Source: Yuukianura sp. NJ FZ-2021
Lineage: Eukaryota
DNA: 64,000 nucleotides
Assembly (NCBI GenBank): GCA_046563655.1
Contig: CM102286.1
Span: 5,704,001-5,768,000 of the forward strand
Direction of reading: 5' to 3'
Of this stretch, positions 56,501 to 64,000 are shown in pieces; the first letter of the stretch is position 1, and every line of letters starts with the position of its first letter. Under the pieces are notes generated by a model. That model was given only the letters and a program-made list of their open reading frames with translations. It did not search any database and was not told where the DNA came from. The translations under genes and the position numbers were made by a program.

Positions 56501-59500
56501 CTCCGCTACCATTGCATTGAGTTATACATTGAGGAATGATGTAAGGGGGGATGAAGGGGGTACAAGTAGAACCAACGTTTGAATGAATGACGGAAACGGA
56601 AATGGAGTCTCGAGACGAAACGCAAGTGGTTACGGCCAAATGCATTGTATCCAGGCTTACTACAAGTAACAAGTTTAAGTTAAAAATGGATAGGGGGTTG
56701 CTCATCCCATTCATTCAGACAATTCAACCTAACCAAAACCAAGTATAACTCTTCATTCCCCAAAACCATCTTAAATCATCTACAACACCTTGTTGATCCA
56801 GGCGCTAATCAAGGTCACCGGGGGTCCATGTCCCCCTGTCACGCCAATTCCCTAGTCAGGTACTTTATTTCATGTTCTGGGAAACAATTGGAGGTGTATG
56901 ACAAATCTATTTCGGGGAAAAAGTTCCCACGGGAGGGACAAATTATGTTGGAAGAAGCCAAAGTCAGGTTAAGTCACGGCATATACTACTTTTTGGAGAC
57001 AAAATTACACTCCTTGTCATCAAAACTAACATTTAGGAGACAATCTTCTTCAATATATAATTTAAGTTTTTTCTGAAACTTTTATAGCATCTTTGCAACT
57101 GGACAAGGCGTGTGTGTAAGGCGTGGGAAATTATTTGTTAGAAGAACAAGGATCTAATTTATATTCTGAGGAACAAGTGGGTGTGGGTGGAATACCCGTC
57201 ATGAGAAAACTGTTCCATTCAACAGTCTCTTTATAGTTCAGGAGTCCCTTCAAGTCCTCGTCCACTTCAAAATGTAGGGCCAAAGATGCAAGATGCTGAT
57301 GGTTCCAACATCTTGGGAAGCCAACAAAACTCTCTATTCAGGAGAACTAGCCTGCAATTCAATTCCAATACCCTGAGATGCAGGGCCCTTGAAGCGCCCT
57401 TACGCTGAATCCATACTGCGTGGTTTTCCCGTTCCATTCTCGTTGCATTCCATTCCATTTTCCATTTTCACGATCCATACTTGTTTTCCATCGTTGCTTC
57501 GTGGTTTCCATGAGGAACGATGATGGAAAGGAAATGGAATGGAAATGCATTTTGAGTTTTCCGTTCCTGTTGCATTCCATTGCCATGCCAGTGACATCGT
57601 GCCATTCAACTCAGTTCTATTCCTTCAATGGAACGACCGAGGAAAAGCGGGTTGCTATGCCAAATTAAATTTGCACAAATGCACCAACGCTAAAGAAAAA
57701 TACGAAAAATGTGCACTTTCAATTTGTGCATCGACGGAACGATCCATACTTTTCAGCGAGAATGCTCGATGAAATAGAAAACAGAATGGTACTGTCATGG
57801 AAATGGTACTGGAATGCAATTGTAGTATGGATGACAACAATGCATTCGTAATGGAATGGAACGGGAATGGAAGAGGAACGGAAATGGAAAAGGTAAAAGT
57901 ATAGATTCAGCGTTAGTTCAACTGACACTGAAGTTGAAATTATATAAAACAGTAACAGAGTACTGCAAGTGCAACAGATGGGTAACGGCCGTAGCTTGGA
58001 AACTGCTTCACGTTAATTCAAACCGACTTAAGGGAAATCCCCAAGGCCTTGCGAGAGTATACTGGCAAGTATCTAAAGACTTCTACATACTAGTAAGGTT
58101 ACTAACAAACAAGGCGTCAAAACTTAAAAAAAAACGTTAAACTAATTCAAACAAGTCAGCACTCGTACTCAAATTTGCGAAACCTTTGTTTTCGTTATTG
58201 CAATTTGTACATAAGCAATTTCCTGACATTCCCAAAAAGAACACAAAGTATTTACGGAAAATTCTACGCGAAACGCGACAGGGTGAACCAACCAAACAAA
58301 TATGATGCGTCATTTTATTTCATTGACGCTCATTACAAAAAGTTCTAAGGTTTTGTACACAACGTATTACTCATTCTGGCTAGTATTCTCGTCACTTTAA
58401 AAAGAGATGATCATTTCCAGGGTTTCTGTTAACAAGCAAACGTTTGGCTTAAGCTTAATTGTTATTCACTGTACAAATAAACGTAATTGTCCGTAATGAA
58501 CATACAGCCCATGACTAATCGTAATCAGTCAAAAATTCACAATTAACCTCAGCGTAAAGAGTTAAAGTTCTGACGGAATTAAAACTGTCTTCACTTTAAT
58601 GCACCCGTCTATAATTGTTTATCAAAAAAGTGCGGGAATCTTCAAATCCAGCAACAGAGGCTTAAAGCGTTTCTAGATTTTAGGAATTTTCCAATATTAT
58701 CTCTAAAGGTTCCCGCACACTGGACGGCGCCGACTGTCGGCGGCTGTCTGCTCTACTTTTTCTGTTCACTTTGCTATAGCACACCAGAAAAAGTAGCCGC
58801 CGAACTTTTTCTTCCCGTCGAAGAGGAAAGAAAAAGTTCGTCTCACTTTCATCTTTCTACACCGCACACCGAGATTCGGTGTCGGCTCCACTTTTTCTGC
58901 AGACAAAAGTGAAACGAAAGTTTTCGGTTCACTTTTGGCGCAGAGTATGGCACACCGATTGAGAAAACTTTCGGCGGCCAAAATTTTGTCTTTCCGGAAA
59001 GTTCAAAAAGTTGAACTTTCCGAGCCGAAAATATTCTGCGCCAGTTTTTTCCCTATGGCACACTGCACTTTCTGATCAGAAAGTGCAGTTTGCAAACAAC
59101 ATCAGCTGTTAAATCTAAATTAATTTGTTTAGTATCATTCAAAGTGAATGATACGTTCTGTTGTTAACAGAAAACAATTTCTATGCTTATTTAATAGGGT
59201 CACAGTACCCTGTGTGTGAATTAACGTTAACTACAACACTCAATTAATTAAGCCTGTTTAGCATGTGTTGTTCCTGTTTTATACCAAATGCTGCTTACCA
59301 CTATCTTGACCTAGCCCATACAGTGATCGCAGACGCACGTGGTGATACTGGAACAGCTACGACATAACATAATCTACAACTAATCATCAATTTAACACTG
59401 CTGATTACTATTGAGTTAAGAATATGAACCAATTATCAAGCACATATTTGAAAAATAGAGAATGGCGCCATTCTATGTTTACATGTTCTGATCAGTTCGA

Positions 59501-61310
59501 ATTCCTATGGCACACCAGCTGAAACGACAAAGTAGAGCAGAAAGTTAGTCGTACCATTAAGTCCAGTGTGCCGGGTTGAAAGAAAAAGTGAAGCAGAAAA
59601 AATGGAGCCCCTGCGCCGTCGGCTCCATTTCTTCTTTCGACTCAGTTTTGGTGTGCCGGGTAGAAAGAACAAATGGAGCAGAAGCCGCTGGGATTCCAAT
59701 TGTTCGTTTCACTTTTTTGGTGGGCGGTAAGCTTAACAGTATACTAAAAAGATCAGAAACTTCCACTTGGCTTTATTTTTCATACATTGATACTCAATTT
59801 GCACCCACTTCAAAGTCAAATCAAGTTCAGTTACGGCGTAAATAGCTTAGGTCAATTAAAAAGTGACGATTACTCATACTGGAATCATGAGCTCCTGGAC
59901 CGCCGCAAATTGCGGCCCACAATCAGTGCACTTTGTCCTACACCCCCATGCTCCACCGTCATACTGGCAAACATTTGCCAAATTCAAGTGCGCACTACTT
60001 TATTTGCAGTTTGGTACACAGTGTACCGTACACTGCTTATCATTGTCATATGAAGTGAAATAAATTCACTTATCAAATCATAGCTCCTGAGCTTAGGTAA
60101 CACAAGATCCCGAATTCTACGGAAAAACAATGAAAACGGCACCATTCATTCAATTATAATCCATTGACGGCCACTTTGATTTTATACGAGTTTAAACCAT
60201 GACAGATCAAATCGACAAACTTTGCTATTTCTATTTTTATTACGCACTACTTAATCGACCCATGTTTGACGGCATGCGACATGACTGTTGTCACGTCGAA
60301 GTGACATACTATTACGAATGGCATAGGTCAGACATTACGTAATCCCAGGCCCTTTTCGATTACAGGGGTTTCGATTACAGATTACAAGGATTACGATTAC
60401 AGATTACTAATTTGTAATCGTAATCGAACTCCCCCGTGTAATCGTAATCGAGAGTTGCAATCGATTACAAAAATTTTGGCCTGGTAATCGTAATGGTAAT
60501 CGAACTTCGCCTAGAAAATTTTCGATTACATGATTACAAACTTTAAGCCCCGAATGCATAAATAAACCATTCTAAAAAACGTTAAATATAAAAAATTGGC
60601 ATCAGAATTGACGAAACCAATTGTTATTTAAAATTAAACTTGAGTTTATATGTTTTTGCAGTTTAATGGTAACTTTTTAAGAGAACATTGTGTGTGTTCG
60701 ACATCCTTGTGTTCATTTTCGGGCACGTAAAATGTAATCGAACTGATAGTAATCGAAACTCTAAAGGATTACGATTACGATTACAGATTAAAACTTTCGA
60801 TTTCGATTACAGGCCCGAGTAATCGTAATCGAACATGGTAATCGATTACAGAATTTTGAATGTAATCAAGTAATCTGTAATCGATTAATTTTTTTGTGTA
60901 ATCGAAAAGGGCCTGCGTAATCCTGACTTTGACATAACAAGAAAATTGAAAACAAGACTGTCACTGTATACATTGCGCGCCATCTTTCGAAAATTGAAAG
61001 GTTGCGGACGCCATGTACTTCCGATGTCGACTTCGACTTAACTGTCTAACTCTAATCCTTGGTAGATTGAAATTATTTCAAATTGTGCGGTTGGCCGTTA
61101 AGTCGTAAAACGTTAGATGCGATATAATTTCGCACTCATCCAATATCCAACCAAAATTACCCTAACCTCTAAACATAACTTCAAATACTTGTTGTATGTG
61201 TATTAAACAAAAGTTAGTAAAAATTAATATAAAAACGTTATTGTGTCGCAGATATGACTCACCTCGTCATCACTGGAGAAGTATCGCTCTGCTAGATCAA
61301 CGTCAGCCAT
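8533..61310 (-). CDS. pnt: ETS transcription factor pointed (Ets1/2 class), long PNT-containing (P2/P3-like) isoform, about 678 aa
   Basis: Ten GT-AG exons with matching phases total 2037 nt: 61263-61310, 52547-52714, 45660-45897, 27304-27426, 20520-20723, 17368-17559, 9964-10287, 9112-9480, 8721-9027, 8533-8596. Contains the MAPK-site region ([14 protein letters not shown]), SAM-PNT domain, ETS domain ([15 protein letters not shown]...[14 protein letters not shown]) and Ets1-like tail ([15 protein letters not shown]). Confidence 0.95.
8721..9027 (-). CDS. pnt: pnt exon encoding the ETS DNA-binding domain
   Basis: ORF 8717..9055 carries a canonical ETS domain; acceptor TTTTAG, donor GG|GTGAGT. 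Confidence 0.97.
9112..9480 (-). CDS. pnt: pnt exon, His/Gly/Ser/Pro-rich region ending [14 protein letters not shown]
   Basis: Open frame between a CAG acceptor (9481-9482) and a GTAAGA donor. The end resembles Ets1 KPVIPAAALAGY upstream of the ETS domain. Confidence 0.9.
9964..10287 (-). CDS. pnt: pnt common exon (YNHHIGESV...[10 protein letters not shown]...KNYAR)
   Basis: ORF 9947..10192 extended to a TTGCAG acceptor; GTAAGT donor; phase 1-1. Confidence 0.9.
13106..13148 (-). CDS. pnt: Candidate alternative first coding exon of a PNT-less (PntP1-like) isoform, [15 protein letters not shown]
   Basis: Strong donor CAG|GTGAGT in phase 1, matching the acceptor at 10287. In-frame ATG at 13148; polypyrimidine acceptor at 13221-13222. 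Lies between the PNT exons and the common exons, like Drosophila P1. Confidence 0.6.
17368..17559 (-). CDS. pnt: pnt exon after the PNT domain ([27 protein letters not shown]...)
   Basis: ORF 17231..17557; TTTCAG acceptor, GTAAGT donor, phase 1-1. Confidence 0.9.
20520..20723 (-). CDS. pnt: pnt exon encoding the SAM-PNT domain core
   Basis: [62 protein letters not shown]; canonical splice sites. Confidence 0.95.
27304..27426 (-). CDS. pnt: pnt exon with the MAPK phospho-acceptor and start of the PNT domain
   Basis: [48 protein letters not shown] acceptor, GTAAGA donor. Confidence 0.93.
30649..30727 (-). CDS. Candidate alternative first coding exon of a shorter PNT-containing isoform ([27 protein letters not shown])
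   Basis: ATG at 30727 is open to a strong AAG|GTGAGA donor in phase 1, matching the acceptor at 27426. A GC-richer stretch lies upstream (30.7-31.8 kb). No homology evidence. Confidence 0.4.
42240..42929. mobile_element. Non-autonomous Mutator/foldback-type DNA transposon (690 bp)
   Basis: ~220-bp imperfect TIRs built of 15-16-bp subrepeats around (C)TCCGAA/TACGAA (42240-~42460 and ~42710-42929); GG...CC ends; exact 9-bp TSD ATTTTGATT at 42231-42239 and 42930-42938. Confidence 0.88.
45660..45897 (-). CDS. pnt: pnt exon (VSKGQLKN...[11 protein letters not shown]...[19 protein letters not shown])
   Basis: ORF 45595..45831 extended to a TGTAG acceptor; GTAAGA donor; phase 0-1; joins as [11 protein letters not shown]. 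Confidence 0.88.
49868..50815 (+). mobile_element. Tc1/mariner superfamily (Tc2/pogo-like) internal-deletion derivative, 948 bp
   Basis: Perfect 25-bp TIRs CCGTATTTTCTCGCAGATAAGCCGC, TA target duplication on both sides, and an enclosed DDE transposase fragment. Confidence 0.93.
49998..50663 (+). pseudogene. Truncated pogo/Tc2-type DDE_1 transposase
   Basis: [37 protein letters not shown]...KGWING...[10 protein letters not shown]...[22 protein letters not shown]...AWKEI...IIKNGF plus an acidic tail. Lacks the N-terminal HTH region and first catalytic Asp. Confidence 0.9.
50990..51166. mobile_element. Small degenerate inverted-repeat (MITE-like) relic related to the 42.2-kb element
   Basis: CATTTCCCCGAATGAATTTCGTCGAA (50990) is inverted as TTCGGAGAAATTCATTCGGTGAAAATG (~51139-51165). 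It shares the CCGAATGAATT subrepeat. Ends and TSD are unclear. Confidence 0.5.
52547..52714 (-). CDS. pnt: pnt N-terminal exon ([21 protein letters not shown]...SLKSPK)
   Basis: ORF 52508..52711; TTGACAG acceptor, AAG|GTAAGT donor; 168 nt, phase 0-0. Confidence 0.8.
55780..56030. repeat. Degenerate AT-rich low-complexity repeat (ATACTG/TGTAATATT units)
   Basis: Recurrent atactg(t/a/c) and tgtaatatt(a/t) words in a very AT-rich stretch. Confidence 0.45.
57403..57912. mobile_element. PIF/Harbinger (Tourist-like) MITE, 510 bp
   Basis: TIR CGCTGAATC(C/T)ATACT at both ends; TTA duplicated at 57400-57402 and 57913-57915; interior made of CATTCC/GGAATG subrepeats in both orientations. Confidence 0.8.
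58707..59733. mobile_element. Degenerate PIF/Harbinger-like non-autonomous element, about 1.03 kb
   Basis: Imperfect termini AGGTTCCCGCACAC / GTGGGCGGTAAGCT, each flanked by TAA. GCACAC(C/T) subrepeats on the left are mirrored by GTGTGCC on the right. TCTGCTCTACTTT (58747) is inverted near 59528. Confidence 0.6.
60346..60915. mobile_element. hAT-like MITE, 570 bp
   Basis: TIR CAGGCCCTTTTCGATTACA / TGTAATCGAAAAGGGCCTG; exact 8-bp TSD CGTAATCC at 60338-60345 and 60916-60923; dense subterminal GATTAC/GTAATC repeats. Confidence 0.92.
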
Positions 61311-61324
61311 TTTCAAATCGTTTT
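61263..61324 (-). CDS. pnt: pnt exon containing the probable start codon (ATG at 61310; [16 protein letters not shown])
   Basis: AAAATGG start context; GAG|GTGAGT phase-0 donor matching exon 52714; TTAGCAG acceptor at 61325-61326. Confidence 0.75.
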
Positions 61325-62437
61325 CTGCTAACCACACAAACAAAAGGCTGACCAAAGTTGACGACTATTATGGCCTTCCGATATCAAAACGAAATCCAGT
61401 GCAAATCAACCGAGCAAATCCAACAGTTTCAAATCCAACCCCAAAAGCTAGCCGCTGAGTGGACAACTATTAGCAATCGAATCGATCAGTGATATCAAAG
61501 ATATGAAAAACCGTGACAGATTATAAGCATTCAACGTGTCAATCATCCAAAGTTTAAAATGGATATTCCCTGGCAACCCCCGTACCCTTCCCCGGTGTCA
61601 AGTTCAGAGAAAGAACTAGAGAAAGCTCTTCAAATTCAGAACAATCAATTGACCAAGGCAACACCATGGTTAAAATTTTCGACCAATCATGGGGAACGAA
61701 ATGATGATACGTGAAATCCCAATACATAAACCTCACCAGGCCAGGATGTACAACATGGTGCAATTCGTCCTAGTAGATGACCGCTGTGCTTTATCAGGCT
61801 AATACAACATTATAAAATCATAAACGGTATCAACCCGAAGTACTTAAGTTTAAAGTTTGCATTTCCGTTTTTGGTTAGAACGGGATTGGGTCAAATCCAA
61901 ATGATGCCAAAACTTACCGTAAAAGTTCTAACAAACTTTTAAGCGCGTATTCAAAATCTCAACTTTCCCCACTTCTAATTATTTCTAATGTCTAAGTCTG
62001 GGTTGAACACCCCGGCGTTTAACGAAGCTCCGGTGCTTATTAGAGAACGTAACCGTAATTTATTAGAAGTTTTACGGTAAGACTTTTTCTTCTGAGCGAA
62101 TTCATAGCGATTGAACCCTGCTTGGAGATGGATGGTCACCTCCCGAAAATTGTTTTGGATAGAGTGGCCAGTGGTCTGAGGACATGGTTACATTCTTGGG
62201 TTTAGACCGCTCGATCCCTTAAACGTGAATCCAGTGTATACAAGTACGTTCACAGCTATTCTTTGTAAATTAACTGCCTACAAGAGTTTGGAAATTCGGT
62301 GACCTTTCATTATGCAATTCAATTCGTAGGTAATGCTTACAAATGGCAGGTTCTCCTTGAACACCCTTGACCTTGATTTACGCGTAATGTTTCACGTTTC
62401 ACTTGCTTTAATAATGTTTAAAAATGCTTTGACTCAC

Positions 62438-62554
62438 CAATGATTGCCAGTCGTAGTTGGTTGGACATTGTAGATTTGACGTGTAATGATTTTTCACTCT
62501 TCCAGGATTTGTACGTCGGTACCGATTCTTCGTAAAACCAATGAATGTTTGGCA
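62438..62554 (-). other. Upstream pnt exon: 5' UTR and/or in-frame N-terminal extension (ATG at 62468)
   Basis: CTTCCCTAG acceptor and TTG|GTGAGT donor. Splicing to 61324 gives in-frame [21 protein letters not shown]. Confidence 0.55.
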
Positions 62555-62699
62555 CTAGGGAAGAAAGATTAAAATAAATTATTGTAACGTTAATTTAATA
62601 TTCGTACTTGAAGTGTGACTAGAAAAAATACAAAACAAACAATTTTTCTCTTCGTACTAAGCAACGGGTCACTAGCGACACCGAGCAACTAACACTCAC

Positions 62700-62960
62700 T
62701 GCATGGACTGACCACTGATCTGGTTCTGGATGGAACTAAAGACTGACAAAACAAGCGAAATTGAAATACCTGTGTATCTGGATTATTGGCAGACTCGTGG
62801 AATGACTTCACCGGTAAGAGATCACTTCAGAAATGTGCTTTGTTTTGTGTTGTCAATGTCAAACAGCGTGGTGAGGTGAACCTAGAAAAGTCAAAGAGTA
62901 GGGCAGAATGAAGAGGGGAATGAATGAATGAGCGTGTAAAAGTGGGGAATGAATGAACTC
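62700..62960 (-). promoter_or_regulatory. Candidate distal pnt promoter: Inr-like TCAGTC motifs with upstream paired Capicua-type sites
   Basis: Minus-strand TCAGTC at 62741-62746 and 62706-62711; duplicated GGGGAATGAATGAA at 62915-62928 and 62944-62957. Confidence 0.45.
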
Positions 62961-63679
62961 GATCCAACTGTTGTCAATGGTTATGGCATCTCCCTGATTC
63001 ATGCCACTTGACTGTACGATGTCCATGATCTTCGGTGTCAGTAAATGAACTTAAGATAATCATGCTTACCTGTTCCAATTAACGTCAATCGTTCTCGCTA
63101 ATGCCGCCAATCTTCCCGTTCCCGTCATCCCACCCCTCTGCCCAACAAATAAACGTGACGTTCCCTGAGAAAGCCTCTCGTCGCCTCGTCCTGTATCTTC
63201 ATCTGCACTGCAAGTGCAACTGCAATCTTCATATTTATATCGCCCGAGAAAACTAACGTAGCAACTCCGATGTCGTACGTCGTACAATTCCTCTATTTAT
63301 TTACAACTGGCCGGAGCCGGAATTGAGTCTAAAAATCGCACAAGAGACGAGGAGAAGGAGAGAGAGATAAGGAGCTTTGATTTTGTTTTCCAGGTTGAAG
63401 TAAACCGGATTTCCATTGCTTGTACTTTTTTGCAGTGTAACCAAACCGATGCTACACCATCAACTGTCCAAAGTCCAAGTCTCATTACTACGTTGAAAGT
63501 TTTTCTCTAGAATTACAAACTTGAAGTGTAACATAAGTTATCTAAAAATCATGCTGCCAAAACATAGGAATTGATATGTTGGAATTAGGTTGCTTTATTT
63601 TCGTTTGAACAATTTACATTTACGGTTTTTTATTCGCCTTGTAATTTTTGTTTAAGCTGATTTCCATTTCTTCAAAATC

Positions 63680-63978
63680 CTATTCTGCATTCCTGAATTT
63701 TGTATTTCCTTCCATGTGTTTGTTGGTAGTACCACACGAAATCGGTTTTGTGACGGGGCAACTTGTTTGGATAGGATTGGTACAGCCCTTTGCCAAGTTA
63801 CTCCTGGTTTCAAACTCCCTGCAGTAAGTGTGACTCATTCCGTGGTTATCTTTCCGGGTCACATACTTTGACCTCTTCTCAAACCCCTCAGAGCACAAAA
63901 CAATCGTCTTCCCTTCCACTTTTTTCGAAACGGTATTGGACTCTCGTTCGACGGTGTCGTATCTTCGGCAACTTCCGG
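63680..63978 (-). CDS. Probable terminal coding exon of an upstream gene of unknown function (Cys-containing, about 99 codons)
   Basis: TTTATTTTATGCAG acceptor at 63979-63980, a frame open to TAG at 63680 (GSCRRYDTVERES...VEGKTIVLCSEG...FRNAE*), and minus-strand AATAAA at 63629-63634. No recognisable domain. Confidence 0.5.
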
Positions 63979-64000
63979 CTGCATAAAATAAAATATAATA

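Noticed and set aside
57267..57928. Dense overlapping Trp/Asn/Glu/Met-rich ORFs
   Set aside because: Arise from the stop-poor GGAATG subrepeats of the MITE.

Overview
Eukaryotic, AT-rich genomic DNA, most likely arthropod (inferred from protein similarity and short introns); no prokaryotic features. (1) 31-5733 (+): 3' part of a gene with 25 visible exons encoding tandem thioredoxin-like domains and a C-terminal transmembrane helix, resembling Drosophila hlk/l(2)01289. It includes a 7-nt micro-exon and an intron filled by a ~319-bp foldback tandem array. (2) 8533-~62750 (-): a complete pointed/Ets1-2-class ETS transcription factor gene. Ten coding exons join in frame to about 678 aa (MAPK site, SAM-PNT, ETS domains), with candidate alternative first exons at ~13.1, ~30.7 and ~62.5 kb. 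(3) The pnt introns carry several non-autonomous DNA transposons with readable TIRs and target-site duplications (Mutator/foldback-like, Tc2/pogo deletion derivative, PIF/Harbinger-like, hAT-like). (4) 63680-63978 (-): probable terminal exon of an upstream gene of unknown function. The strongest non-coding signal is at least 27 TGAATGAA octamers (Capicua consensus) confined to the pnt introns and promoter, with optimal ETS and Su(H) sites, suggesting an RTK/MAPK derepression plus autoregulation circuit. I found no clearly novel multi-gene system. All motif counts were made by eye.
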